Below the pieces are notes generated by a model. It was not told the origin of the DNA. It ran no database searches and saw only the letters and a program-made list of their open reading frames with translations. From positions 27,025 through 91,024 of the forward strand of contig CAKPDF010000001.1 of assembly GCA_934148535.1 (NCBI GenBank): DNA of 64,000 nt. The letters are read 5' to 3'. Origin of the DNA: an uncultured Bacilli bacterium. Lineage in GTDB: Bacteria; Bacillota_I; Bacilli_A; RF39; UBA660. Positions 38,396 through 48,687 of this stretch are shown piece by piece (positions within the stretch are counted from its first letter, which is position 1; each line of letters starts with the position of its first letter). The position numbers and the translations under genes are program-made.

Positions 38396-40122
38396 TGTTG
38401 ATACTCCTTTAAATAATCTATTTGATATGCTTTCTTTTGAGCCTTATATTTTTCTAGATTAGAATTTGATAACCAGGTTATGTATCCTCCATCTAATCCT
38501 CCTTCATAGAGTGCTCTTATTTCTTGTTCTACTTCTTCTGCATTATAACTTATTCCAGATGGGTCTACATATTTCATAACATCATAGGCTTGAATCCAAG
38601 TCCTTGCTCCTGCTGCTGATGGTGTTTCATCTTGTCTTTCTTTAGCATATCTTGCCCAAGTATTTAATAATTTATAAGGATTATTCCATGGTTTATTTAT
38701 CCCATAATATCCATTTGAGAAATGATCTGGGTATGGCATTCCACATATTACATCTGCTACATTGCTTATTGCAGGCCAATATTGACCGTAAGCTGTCATA
38801 TATGTTCCGTTAGTGCTTTCACCAAATACGTCTATTGAGACATAAGTATTTAATTTATGTAATTCGTCGGTAGCATATTGAACGAATCTTTGGATTGCTT
38901 GGCTTTTGTCTTCGTTGTAAGTGTTTAATAAGTCTACATTATTTTCCACTGATTGCATTCTATCAGGAAATCTTACATAATCAAAATTTATTTCATTAAA
39001 TCCAAATTCTTTTACTGCTTCTTTAGCAAGTGATACTGTATAATACCATACATTTCTGCTATAAGGACTTGGCCAATATGATCCTGTATGAAGATATGGT
39101 TCATTAGTTTGTTTATTAGTTATTGCATCTTCTTTATGATCTTGGATATAAAAGTTATCTTTAAATGTTGTTATTCTGCCTATTACATAGAATCCTGCTT
39201 CTTTTAACTTGGTTACAGCATTTTTATAATCGTCGTAGGAATTAATAGCTCTTTCATAGTTAATTGGACTCAATTCTTTGAATGTATTAGCAGGATATCC
39301 TGGAGTTTCGTTATCTTTTATGTCTAGTACGAAGGCATTTATTTTAGTATCTTTTGCTAATTCTATATAATCATCTATATTTTTTATAACATTAGTACCA
39401 TTATTTAAGTATAGTGCATAAACAGAGTCTGGCATAACATTATTTTGAAATTTTGGTTTTTCTTCTGGGTAAAAGTCTAGGTTTATAGCTTTGCCTCCAT
39501 TAAATGTATCTGCTACTTTCGAATGAATTTGGTCATATGTCTCTGCTTCATAATTCTTGGCTGCTTCTTCTTTAGTCATGGTGGTATAATTTGATTTTAC
39601 ATAACCTTTTATGTCATTTATTTGTATATAATAATAATCTACTTCTCCATCTTCTTGGATTTTATTATATCCTAATACTTGTAATTCATCTTCTTTCTTG
39701 GCAAGTCCACTTATTTTAGCAGTTTCTAAATCTTCTAAGATATAGGTTGGAGTTCTGTCATAGATTTTTTCTTCTTGTACTATTTTATTTTTATCTGTTA
39801 CAAGATTTTCTTCTTTTATGTAATAGGTATTTTTATTTATATAGACTTTTTGATAAATTGTTTCTTCTATTATTTCTTTTGAACCTCTTGTTTTTATTTC
39901 AGTACCTCTTATTAATTTTTCTTTTTCTTTTAATGTACCTTCTTTATCTTTTATGTATGCAGTTACTTCTTTAGTTTTCGATGCTAAATATTTTGTTTCT
40001 TGTAATTCATTTTTATTTTTTTCTTTTAGGACTATTGGAGTAGATAAAATTATTACTAATAAAATAAAAATAATTATTTTAATTTTCTTTTTTATTTTAC
40101 GCTTATGTTTCTTTTTTTTCAT
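38392..40122 (-). CDS. putative glycoside-hydrolase-like protein (YngK/GHL10-type) with an N-terminal signal anchor and SH3-like repeats
   Basis: NAFVLDIKDN and INFDYVRFPD motifs are typical of this putative glycosidase family. N-terminal TM. Confidence 0.45.
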   Translation of the reverse strand: MKKKKHKRKIKKKIKIIIFILLVIILSTPIVLKEKNKNELQETKYLASKTKEVTAYIKDKEGTLKEKEKLIRGTEIKTRGSKEIIEETIYQKVYINKNTYYIKEENLVTDKNKIVQEEKIYDRTPTYILEDLETAKISGLAKKEDELQVLGYNKIQEDGEVDYYYIQINDIKGYVKSNYTTMTKEEAAKNYEAETYDQIHSKVADTFNGGKAINLDFYPEEKPKFQNNVMPDSVYALYLNNGTNVIKNIDDYIELAKDTKINAFVLDIKDNETPGYPANTFKELSPINYERAINSYDDYKNAVTKLKEAGFYVIGRITTFKDNFYIQDHKEDAITNKQTNEPYLHTGSYWPSPYSRNVWYYTVSLAKEAVKEFGFNEINFDYVRFPDRMQSVENNVDLLNTYNEDKSQAIQRFVQYATDELHKLNTYVSIDVFGESTNGTYMTAYGQYWPAISNVADVICGMPYPDHFSNGYYGINKPWNNPYKLLNTWARYAKERQDETPSAAGARTWIQAYDVMKYVDPSGISYNAEEVEQEIRALYEGGLDGGYITWLSNSNLEKYKAQKKAYQIDYLKEYQQ

Positions 40123-40198
40123 AGGACACCTTCTTACTACATTTAGTATAACTAAATTTGAGGATTTTATAGGAAAAAAAGACTATTTTAAATAATCT

Positions 40199-41137
40199 TT
40201 ATACTCCTATTCCATATTTGCTTATAAAGTAATATATTACTGTTGTTAGGGCAAATATTGCTATTAGAAGTAATATTACTTTTATTGCAGAATGACTTTT
40301 TTTTGTTATATCTAGAAAGTTATCATCATCATCAATAAAATCCTTTTTAGAGAATTTATAAGAACTTGTATAAAAGTCATTATCTATATTGTTATTTGTA
40401 TTTTTAAATGTTTCTTCTTTTATTACATTTATATCTTTTATATTTTTTTCTTCTTTAGTATTAGTTGATGGTATTTCTTTGATTATTGGTTTTTCTTCTA
40501 CATCATCAATTTCTGAATTAGCAAATATACTGTCTTTTTCTACTTTTACTGGTTCTGATATAAATGTATTTCCATCTGGTTTTAAGTCTTCAAATAAATC
40601 TAATGGTGAGGAATCATATTCTTTTTCTTGGTGTTCTTCTTTTATTGTATCTATTTCTTTTGTTACTTCTAATCTTTTATCTTTAAATTTTAATTCTCTT
40701 GTCATATATAATTCTTCTTTGTCTGTATTTTCTTCTTCTAAGGCTTTCTTTACTTCTGTTACTGGTAATTCATTACTTTCTAGGGTTGATAAAAATTTAT
40801 ATGTCGGAGAAATAATTTTCTTTTCTTCTTTGGGACGGTAATTACTTTTGGCTTGTTCTAGTATTTTATTTATATCATATACTTTGTAAGGGTCATCTTC
40901 TTCTTTGATTTTGGTTGCTATCATATGGGATGTTTCTTCTTTTGGCATTTGTTTTACATTTTCTCTTTTTACTATTTCTTGTAATTGTTCCATATCTATT
41001 TCGTTAGTGTTATCTGCTATAGGTAGATTTTCTAAGGATGAATAATTACCATATACTTCTTTATACAATTCTTTATTTCGGGATGTTCTTCTAGTCATAG
41101 GCATTTCATTGTAATATTTTTCCATTCTGCTATTCAT
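40199..41137 (-). CDS. hypothetical tail-anchored E/K-rich protein
   Basis: Highly charged protein with a single C-terminal TM helix (ILLLIAIFALTTVIYYFI). Confidence 0.3.
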   Translation of the reverse strand: MNSRMEKYYNEMPMTRRTSRNKELYKEVYGNYSSLENLPIADNTNEIDMEQLQEIVKRENVKQMPKEETSHMIATKIKEEDDPYKVYDINKILEQAKSNYRPKEEKKIISPTYKFLSTLESNELPVTEVKKALEEENTDKEELYMTRELKFKDKRLEVTKEIDTIKEEHQEKEYDSSPLDLFEDLKPDGNTFISEPVKVEKDSIFANSEIDDVEEKPIIKEIPSTNTKEEKNIKDINVIKEETFKNTNNNIDNDFYTSSYKFSKKDFIDDDDNFLDITKKSHSAIKVILLLIAIFALTTVIYYFISKYGIGV

Positions 41138-41253
41138 TATACCACCTCATATTTTTACTAATATTATAATAACATATTTTATAGGAAAATAAAACTATTT
41201 TGTTGATTTTTGTAAAAATTACTACTATAATTAATTATGAAAGGTGGTTAATT

Positions 41254-41460
41254 ATGAAGACAAAAGTTAATGATAAATGTATTGGTTGTGGAACTTGTGT
41301 GAGTTTGACTGATCAAAAGGTTTTTGATTTTGATGATGATGGTCGTGCTCGTTGTATTGTTTCAGTAGTTCCTAGTGATATGGAAGATATTGTTAGACAA
41401 GCAAAAGATTTCTGTCCTGCTCCTGATGGTGGCGCTATAGAAATCGAGGAAAGTGAATAG
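41254..41460 (+). CDS. ferredoxin (single [4Fe-4S]-type)
   Basis: CIGCGTC...C..AP motif. Start taken at the ATG with an AAAGGTGG RBS. Confidence 0.7.
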   Translation: MKTKVNDKCIGCGTCVSLTDQKVFDFDDDGRARCIVSVVPSDMEDIVRQAKDFCPAPDGGAIEIEESE

Positions 41461-41462
41461 TT

Positions 41463-42122
41463 ATGGCTTCTACTATTATGCATATTGCTATAGCAGAAAA
41501 TATTTATAGAAAGATTAATAATAAAAATGAGATTAATTATTATGATTTTATTCTTGGTTCTATAGCTCCTGATATTAGTAAGCAAATTGGTGAGGATAAA
41601 AAAATATCTCATTTTATTTCTGATGATTCTAGTAATCCTGATCTTATTTCTTTTTTAAATAAGTATAGAGATAGTTTAACTAATTCTTTTATGTTAGGAT
41701 ATTATGTTCATCTTTTTTCTGATAGATTATTTTATAGTGAATTTCTTCCTTTATTTGTTAGAGATGATATTATTAATTCTTATGTAAAGTGTTTGGATGG
41801 CAATACTTTAAATATGTCTAAAGATGAGAGAAAATCTTTATTATATAATGATTATACTAATTTAAATATTTCTTTAATTGATGAATATGGTTTAAATTTA
41901 GAAATATTTTATGATGATTATAAGATGCCTATTTGTGATATCGAGGAGATAGATTTAAGTAAGTTACCTGTTCTTATTGATAATATTGGCGTTATTATTG
42001 AGAATGCTACTAATAATAAAAATTATATTATTGATATTAGTAAGGTTAAATCTTTTATAGATAGTTGTAGTGATGAAATATATAATAATTTAATATCTTT
42101 AAATGTTATAAAACAAGGATAA
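41463..42122 (+). CDS. hypothetical protein, possibly zinc-dependent phospholipase C-like
   Basis: N-terminal MHIAIAENIY...GSIAPD pattern only. Weak. Confidence 0.3.
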   Translation: MASTIMHIAIAENIYRKINNKNEINYYDFILGSIAPDISKQIGEDKKISHFISDDSSNPDLISFLNKYRDSLTNSFMLGYYVHLFSDRLFYSEFLPLFVRDDIINSYVKCLDGNTLNMSKDERKSLLYNDYTNLNISLIDEYGLNLEIFYDDYKMPICDIEEIDLSKLPVLIDNIGVIIENATNNKNYIIDISKVKSFIDSCSDEIYNNLISLNVIKQG

Positions 42123-42135
42123 TGTTTCCTTGTTT

Positions 42136-42729
42136 TTATGTGTATTTTATTTTGGAAAAATCTATTATTTTGAAGAATACATCTATGTATGATTCTTTTG
42201 TTTTATAATCTAGGTAATAAGCATGTTCCCATAGATCTATATTGAATACCGGAATTAATCCATATGATATTGGGTTATCCTCATTTGATGTATTAATTAT
42301 TTTTAGATTACCATCATCATCTTTTACTAGATATGTATATCCTGATCCTTTTAAATTTAAGGCGGATTTTTTAAATTCATTTTTAAAATTATTATATGAT
42401 CCATAATATTTGTTTATATCATTTAATAGTTTTCCTGTAGGAATATTATTATATTTATTGGAAAGGGAGTTAAAATATAATTCATGATTTATTGTAGATG
42501 ATAAATAATACTCTATATATCCTCTTACATTTAAATTAAAAATATTAATATTTTTTAATAATTGTTCTTTAGTATATTTATAATCATAATTATTTTCTTG
42601 TAATAATTTATTTAACATATTTATATCTTTTAAGTATATTAAATAATGATTATATAAGTTATCTGGAGAGATATATGGTATTAAATAATTGTAATCTAAT
42701 ATAATTGGTTTATACATATTAATCACCAT
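42136..42729 (-). CDS. sodA: superoxide dismutase (Fe/Mn)
   Basis: DLWEHAYYLDY motif. The start may be the MYKP Met 4 codons in. Confidence 0.9.
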   Translation of the reverse strand: MVINMYKPIILDYNYLIPYISPDNLYNHYLIYLKDINMLNKLLQENNYDYKYTKEQLLKNINIFNLNVRGYIEYYLSSTINHELYFNSLSNKYNNIPTGKLLNDINKYYGSYNNFKNEFKKSALNLKGSGYTYLVKDDDGNLKIINTSNEDNPISYGLIPVFNIDLWEHAYYLDYKTKESYIDVFFKIIDFSKIKYT

Positions 42730-42738
42730 AATATTATA

Positions 42739-43122
42739 TTAATTAAATGCTATTTCGGTTTCTATATTTTCATCATTAATAGCGATATATAGAAATAATA
42801 ATCCACTTATCAGTACTAATAAGGTTGCAATAAATGATATATAAGTAAATTCTATTTTGGTATTACTATCATAACTTTTTAATTCTTTTATATCTTTATA
42901 GTTATCATAGGTAAAATAGGCATACACTAGGCATAATATTGTAAATATAAATATCATTAGATTTTGATATGTTTTTTTATCTTTTATATCATTTTTGATA
43001 AAGTAATTCCTTTCGATAGAGTTTGCTATAAATGATAATATTATTATGATTAAATATAATATCCATATTATGTCTTCTATTTTAATTTTTTCTAATCTTT
43101 TTTCAATACTTTCATTATTCAT
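42739..43122 (-). CDS. hypothetical small membrane protein
   Basis: Three predicted TM helices and no motif. Confidence 0.3.
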   Translation of the reverse strand: MNNESIEKRLEKIKIEDIIWILYLIIIILSFIANSIERNYFIKNDIKDKKTYQNLMIFIFTILCLVYAYFTYDNYKDIKELKSYDSNTKIEFTYISFIATLLVLISGLLFLYIAINDENIETEIAFN

Positions 43123-43168
43123 ATTAAATTATATAACTTTATATTTAATTTAATTCTTGTTTTAAAAA

Positions 43169-44572
43169 TTAGAGATTTTTAGTCTTTGTTTTATGTTTTT
43201 CTTGAGGTCCTATTATTATTCTTTTATATTCTAAATATCTAGGATGTATTGTATTTTTATTTAATAAATTTAATATTTCTTTGTCTTTTGTTAAATGGTA
43301 ATAGGTTGAAATAAATAATGCTTTTTGAATAGTATTCTCATCTTCGGTATTGAATATATCTTCTAACATCATATACGTTTCTTTTTGTACTTGGTTGCAG
43401 TAATCATCTATATGGTCATCAACTTCTATATTATCTAGAGCTAGAGAGATATATCTATCACTTAAATATAAATTTTCATCTTTGTTATCTAAAAGATATA
43501 ATAATCTTCTTTTTATATCTATTAAATTTTTGCTTGGGGTATCATTAATATATTCATTTAATTTTGTTAAGTATGTTAGGTAAAAATACCTTACTGCTTC
43601 ACCCATCTCTAAGAAATATTCACTATCTTCTTCGTCATTTTCATATTCGTCTTTAAAATCTTCATAATTGTCATTTATTTCTTCTTCATATTCTTCTTCA
43701 TATTCTTCTTCATAGTTTTCATAATCGTAATCTTCTTCATAATATGTTTCTGGATTTTGATTTAAATCATTAAAGTAAATATTACTTATTTTTGTTTCTA
43801 CATAATTACAATAATTTGGATTTTCGTTAAATATAGCATATTGATAGATATTATAGAGATTTATTTCTAAGTATGCTATATCTTCTATGGCTTTTTCATT
43901 ATCTTCTTGTGGTATTGTTATTGGTAGTTCTTCGTATTCTTCTTGATTTACAGTTCTTATGTGAGTTATTGCTTCTTGATATGTCTGTTTATCGGTAATA
44001 TCAAGTTTTTCCATTAATTCAAAGAATTTATCTCTTACTACTAATAACTTTTTAATTTTTGATTTTATGTTAGGCTGAGACTCATTATATAAATTATAAT
44101 ATAAGTATTCTATTAAATATTCTATTTGTAAATACTCTTCTAAAGTATTATCTACAGTATTTATATTTAATATTTTTTTTATTTTTTCTGCTCTTTCACA
44201 ATCTATATTATATGGTTCAAATATTGCTGTTGTTTCTAAATACTCCATATGCATTTTTCTTATTTCTTCTTCTATATTTTCACTTGTTATTCCTTCTTTT
44301 AAGAATAAACTATTATTTTTTAAATAAATAATATTTCCGTATGTTTCTACAAATTCTTGTAATAGTTTATCTTGATTGTAATTTGGAATTTTCTCTAATA
44401 CTTTATTTATATTTTTTAAATCTTTTACTTGAGCGCAATCTTTTTTTAACATTTCCATATATATTTTTAGCGATGCTTCTAGTTTTTCTTTGGGTATTGT
44501 TGATACTTTTTCGTATCTGTTTACAAATTCTAGTATTACTAATAATAGACAGTTATAATATGCATTAATCAT
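43169..44572 (-). CDS. hypothetical acidic protein with EEEY repeats
   Basis: Contains YYEEDYDYENYEEEYEEEYEEEINDNYEDFKDEYENDEEDSEY. Confidence 0.3.
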   Translation of the reverse strand: MINAYYNCLLLVILEFVNRYEKVSTIPKEKLEASLKIYMEMLKKDCAQVKDLKNINKVLEKIPNYNQDKLLQEFVETYGNIIYLKNNSLFLKEGITSENIEEEIRKMHMEYLETTAIFEPYNIDCERAEKIKKILNINTVDNTLEEYLQIEYLIEYLYYNLYNESQPNIKSKIKKLLVVRDKFFELMEKLDITDKQTYQEAITHIRTVNQEEYEELPITIPQEDNEKAIEDIAYLEINLYNIYQYAIFNENPNYCNYVETKISNIYFNDLNQNPETYYEEDYDYENYEEEYEEEYEEEINDNYEDFKDEYENDEEDSEYFLEMGEAVRYFYLTYLTKLNEYINDTPSKNLIDIKRRLLYLLDNKDENLYLSDRYISLALDNIEVDDHIDDYCNQVQKETYMMLEDIFNTEDENTIQKALFISTYYHLTKDKEILNLLNKNTIHPRYLEYKRIIIGPQEKHKTKTKNL

Positions 44573-44643
44573 TTGTATACACTTCTTTCTTTTGTATATT
44601 ATAGCATATTAATTTATTTATGTGCTGATAATTAACTATATAG

Positions 44644-44668
44644 AAAAAAGATGCTATTTCTTAGCATC
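44644..44668 (-). terminator. terminator overlapping the typA stop
   Basis: Minus-strand hairpin GATGCTA-AGAAA-TAGCATC followed by TTTTTTC. Confidence 0.5.
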
Positions 44669-46462
44669 AAATTTCTTTCTTTGTTCTGTATTTAGTATTT
44701 GTTTTCTTAATCTTACGTTTTCTGGAGTTACTTCTACTAATTCATCTGAATTTATATATTCTAGGGCATACTCTAATGTGATTGGTCTTGGTCTTTTTAA
44801 TACTACGGTATGATCTGATCCTGATGCTCTAGTGTTTGTTAATTGTTTACCTTTTACTACATTAACTGCTAAATCATTGTCTCTGTTGCATTCTCCTACT
44901 ATCATTCCTTCGTATACTTCACAACCTGGTTCGATAAACATTACCCCTCTATCTTCTAGGTTACCGATTGCATATGCTGTGGCTTTACCATTTTCCATAG
45001 ATACTAGTACTCCTAGTTTTCTTTCTCCAACATTAACGTTTTCTATTGGTTCATAATCTTTGAATGTATGGTTTATTATTCCATAACCTTTTGTCATTGT
45101 CATAAAGTCTGTCATAAATCCTATTAATCCACGTGATGGAATTATATAAGTTAATCTTGTTAAATTATTTACTGTTGTCATATTTTGCATTATAGCGCCT
45201 CTTAGTCCTAAGGCTTCTATTACTGCTCCCATTGATTCTTCTGGTACTTCTATTTGTACGTCTTCATATGGTTCACATTTTACACCATCTATTTCTTTGA
45301 TGATTACTTCTGGTCTTGATACTTGTAGTTCGTATCCTTCTCTTCTCATATTTTCTATTAATATAGATAAGTGTAATTCTCCTCTTCCTGAAACAGTCCA
45401 AGATTCATTTCCTGATTGTTCTACTCTTAAACTTACATCTTTTTGAGTTTCTCTGAATAATCTTTCTCCTATTTTACTAGCAGTTATGAATTTTCCTTCA
45501 CGGCCTGTAAATGGGCTATTGTTTGTCATAAATGTCATTTTTAGAGTTGGTTCATCTATTCTTAATATTGGTAATGCAACTTCTTTTCCAATTTCGCATA
45601 CTGTTTCTCCTACTGATATATCTGCAAGTCCTGCTATTGCTACTATATCTCCAGCATGAGCTTCTTCTATTTCTATTCTTTTTAGTCCTAAGAAACCAAA
45701 TAATTTTTGAATTCTAAATTGTTTTGTAGTACCATCTAATCTTACACAAGATACCATTTCATTTACTTTTATTTTTCCTGATTTTACTAATCCTATACCA
45801 ATTCTTCCAACAAAGTCATTATAGTCTAGTAATGCTGGTTGAAATTGTAATGGGTGGTCTGGGTTTACTCTTGGTTCTGGAATTTCTTCTACTATTAAAT
45901 CTAATAAGCCATCATAACTTTCTTGTTGAGTAGAAATATCTGGATCTAATGAACATGTACCATTTAGTGCTGAAACATATGCTGTTTTAAATTCTAATTG
46001 GTCGTCATCTGCTCCTAATTCAATAAATAAATCTAATACTTCATCTACTACTTGATTTACTCTTGCTGTTGGTTTATCTACTTTATTAATTACTACTATT
46101 GGTTTTACTTTTGCTTCTAGTGCTTTTTTTAATACAAATCTTGTTTGAGGCATTGTTCCTTCATAAGCATCTACTACTAGTAATACTCCATCAACCATAT
46201 TCATAATTCTTTCTACTTCTCCACCAAAGTCAGCGTGTCCTGGGGTATCTAGAATATTAATTCTTGTACCTTTATAATTTATAGCGGTTGTTTTTGCTAA
46301 TATTGTTATTCCTCTTTCTTTTTCAATATCATTTGAGTCCATTACTCTTTCGCTTACATTTTCATTTTCTCTAAATGTTCCAGATTTCTTTAATAATTGG
46401 TCTACTAAAGTTGTTTTTCCATGGTCTACATGGGCTATAATTGCTATGTTTCTAATATTCAT
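44654..46462 (-). CDS. typA: translational GTPase TypA/BipA
   Basis: [17 protein letters not shown] and NKVD GTPase motifs in a 602-aa BipA-like protein. Confidence 0.95.
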   Translation of the reverse strand: MNIRNIAIIAHVDHGKTTLVDQLLKKSGTFRENENVSERVMDSNDIEKERGITILAKTTAINYKGTRINILDTPGHADFGGEVERIMNMVDGVLLVVDAYEGTMPQTRFVLKKALEAKVKPIVVINKVDKPTARVNQVVDEVLDLFIELGADDDQLEFKTAYVSALNGTCSLDPDISTQQESYDGLLDLIVEEIPEPRVNPDHPLQFQPALLDYNDFVGRIGIGLVKSGKIKVNEMVSCVRLDGTTKQFRIQKLFGFLGLKRIEIEEAHAGDIVAIAGLADISVGETVCEIGKEVALPILRIDEPTLKMTFMTNNSPFTGREGKFITASKIGERLFRETQKDVSLRVEQSGNESWTVSGRGELHLSILIENMRREGYELQVSRPEVIIKEIDGVKCEPYEDVQIEVPEESMGAVIEALGLRGAIMQNMTTVNNLTRLTYIIPSRGLIGFMTDFMTMTKGYGIINHTFKDYEPIENVNVGERKLGVLVSMENGKATAYAIGNLEDRGVMFIEPGCEVYEGMIVGECNRDNDLAVNVVKGKQLTNTRASGSDHTVVLKRPRPITLEYALEYINSDELVEVTPENVRLRKQILNTEQRKKFDAKK

Positions 46463-46492
46463 ATAATAACACTCCTTTTTGCGTACCGCTTA

Positions 46493-46501
46493 ATTATAGC
46501 A
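46493..46501 (-). promoter_or_regulatory. extended -10 element (TGCTATAAT) upstream of typA
   Basis: Minus strand TGCTATAAT about 30 nt upstream of the typA ATG. No good -35. Confidence 0.35.
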
Positions 46502-46532
46502 CAAATTTTGAAAAAGTACACTATTTTTTATG

Positions 46533-46559
46533 AAAAAAACTAGAAAAATTAATTTCTAG
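46533..46559 (-). terminator. terminator after tsf
   Basis: Minus-strand hairpin CTAGAAA-TTAATT-TTTCTAG followed by TTTTTTT. Confidence 0.5.
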
Positions 46560-46572
46560 TTATTTATATTCA

Positions 46573-47454
46573 TTATCCATTGATTTGTTTCATTACTTCG
46601 TCAGCAAAGTTTTCTTCTTTCTTTTCGATTCCTTCTCCTACTTCATAACGAACAAATTTAACAATTTTACTATTTTTAGATTCAACATATTTCCCAACTT
46701 TCATTTTGTTTTCTTTGATGAATCCTTGATCTACTAAACATATTTCTTCATAGAATTTGTTTAGTCTTCCATTAACTATCATTGGTAGTTTGTTAGCGTC
46801 TAATCCTTCGTTTTCTGCTTGTTCTGTTAGGATTTCTCTTTCTTTTTCTACTCTTTCTTCTGGTACTTCATCACGATTTAAGTAGCTTGGTTTCATAGCT
46901 GCTATTTGCATTGCTATATCTTTTGCTAATTCTTCATCGTTACCTTCTAAAAGTGCTAAAGAAACGATTTTTCCTCCCATATGAGAGTAACTTCCAAATA
47001 CTTGATTGTCTTCTTTTGTAAGTACTTCAAATCTTCTGAATGATAGTTTTTCTCCAATTGTTGCTATACGAGATGTAATTAAATCAGATAATTTAGTTCC
47101 ATCTACTTCTAATTCTAGAGCACTATCCATAGTTGTTACATCGCTATTTATAATAGTATTAGCAATTGTACTAACTAGGTTTTGGAATTCTTCATTTTTA
47201 GCTACAAAGTCTGTTTCTGAATTTACTTCTATAATAACAGCTTTGTTTCCTTCTATTTTAGCGTATGCTAAACCTTCTGCTGCTATTCTTGAAGATTTTT
47301 TTGCAGCTTTTGAAATTCCTTTTTCTCTTAACCAATTGATAGCTTCTTCCATATTGCCATTAGTTGCTTCTAATGCTTTTTTACAATCTAACATTCCGGC
47401 TCCTGAAGTTTCTCTTAGTTCTTTTACCATACTTGCACTAATCATTACCTTCAC
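46573..47454 (-). CDS. tsf: elongation factor Ts
   Basis: SASMVKELRETSGAGMLDCKKAL N-terminus. Confidence 0.95.
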   Translation of the reverse strand: MKVMISASMVKELRETSGAGMLDCKKALEATNGNMEEAINWLREKGISKAAKKSSRIAAEGLAYAKIEGNKAVIIEVNSETDFVAKNEEFQNLVSTIANTIINSDVTTMDSALELEVDGTKLSDLITSRIATIGEKLSFRRFEVLTKEDNQVFGSYSHMGGKIVSLALLEGNDEELAKDIAMQIAAMKPSYLNRDEVPEERVEKEREILTEQAENEGLDANKLPMIVNGRLNKFYEEICLVDQGFIKENKMKVGKYVESKNSKIVKFVRYEVGEGIEKKEENFADEVMKQING

Positions 47455-47466
47455 TCCTTTTGCTTT

Positions 47467-48426
47467 TTATTTTAAATTTTCAATTAATTCTTCTTTTTTC
47501 ATTTTTGAATAGCCTTTTACTTCTTTTTTCTTAGCTAATTCTCTTAATTCTGCAACTGTTAGAATGTTTAAATCTAATTTTGGTTCAACAGTTACTTCTT
47601 TTTTTGGCTTTTCTTCTGTAACTTCTTTATTATTTTCTTTTCTTTCTTTTTTGAAAAACTTATGTCCTTTTTCTTCTTTCTTGTCGAAAGATGATTGTTT
47701 CATATTCTTTCTTGTTTCGTCTTCTGTTACGTAATCAACTATTGTTCCACCGTTTACTTCAACGATTGCATTTGTTAATGCTCCTAAAACAACTTTGATT
47801 GCTCTTACTGCGTCATCATTTCCTGGGATAACGTAGTCTACCATATCAGGGTCACAATTTGTGTCAACTATTCCAAATACTGGGATATTTAACTTCTTAG
47901 CTTCTTTGATAGCATTTTCTTCTTTCATAGAATCTACGATAATTAATGCCTGTGGTAATTTAGTCATTTCTCTAATTCCACAAAGATTTTTATTTAATTT
48001 ATCGTATTCTTTCTTTAATCCAACTACTTCTTTTTTAGGTAGTTTTTCGAATGTTCCGTCTGCTTCCATTTTTTCAATTTCATCTAGACGATTAACTCTT
48101 CTTCTGATAGTTCTGAAGTTAGTTAAAGTTCCACCTAACCAACGTTCTGTCATATAATACATTCCTGAACGTTCTGCTTCTTCTTTACATACTTCACTAG
48201 CTTGTTTCTTAGTTCCAACATATAGAACTTTTCCACCATTTTCAATTATTTTCTTTAAAGCTGTGTAAGCTTCTTCCATTTTTTCTACAGTTTTTTGTAA
48301 GTTGATAATATATATATCATCTCTAGAGTTGTAGATATACTCTTTCATTTTTGGATTCCATCTCTTAGTTTGATGTCCGAAATGAACTCCAGCTTCTAAT
48401 AAGTAGCTCATTGATACTACTGCCAT
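47467..48426 (-). CDS. rpsB: 30S ribosomal protein S2 with a C-terminal Rho_N-like extension
   Basis: S2 core ([22 protein letters not shown]...). The extra ~85 aa end [34 protein letters not shown], which follows the Rho N-terminal domain pattern. Confidence 0.9.
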   Translation of the reverse strand: MAVVSMSYLLEAGVHFGHQTKRWNPKMKEYIYNSRDDIYIINLQKTVEKMEEAYTALKKIIENGGKVLYVGTKKQASEVCKEEAERSGMYYMTERWLGGTLTNFRTIRRRVNRLDEIEKMEADGTFEKLPKKEVVGLKKEYDKLNKNLCGIREMTKLPQALIIVDSMKEENAIKEAKKLNIPVFGIVDTNCDPDMVDYVIPGNDDAVRAIKVVLGALTNAIVEVNGGTIVDYVTEDETRKNMKQSSFDKKEEKGHKFFKKERKENNKEVTEEKPKKEVTVEPKLDLNILTVAELRELAKKKEVKGYSKMKKEELIENLK

Positions 48427-48592
48427 ATTTTTCATCTCCTTTTGTTTTGCTTCCAAATACTTCTTACTTAAATTTCACCTATTGGCACTAGAAATTTAAG
48501 TCCATATTTGTGAATATTTTTTGAAAAGCCATAATTATATTAGCATATTTATAAATAATATGCAACTTCTTTTTGATTTTTTTTGGAAAAAT

Positions 48593-48628
48593 CGACCAGT
48601 ACTGTTAATGGTAATGGTCGTTATTTTT
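48593..48628 (-). terminator. possible bidirectional terminator
   Basis: Hairpin CGACCA-(16 nt)-TGGTCG with T/A runs on both sides, downstream of the gene ending at 48688. Confidence 0.35.
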
Positions 48629-48687
48629 AATAATATTTTATTTGTTAGAGGTACCGCTTTTACTTATAGTGGTAACAAGCGGATCTG

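Noticed and set aside
46493-46512. A -35 hexamer for the typA promoter
   Set aside because: TTCAAA lies only 8 nt from the -10. No acceptable -35 is found at 16-18 nt spacing, so only the extended -10 (TGCTATAAT) is reported.
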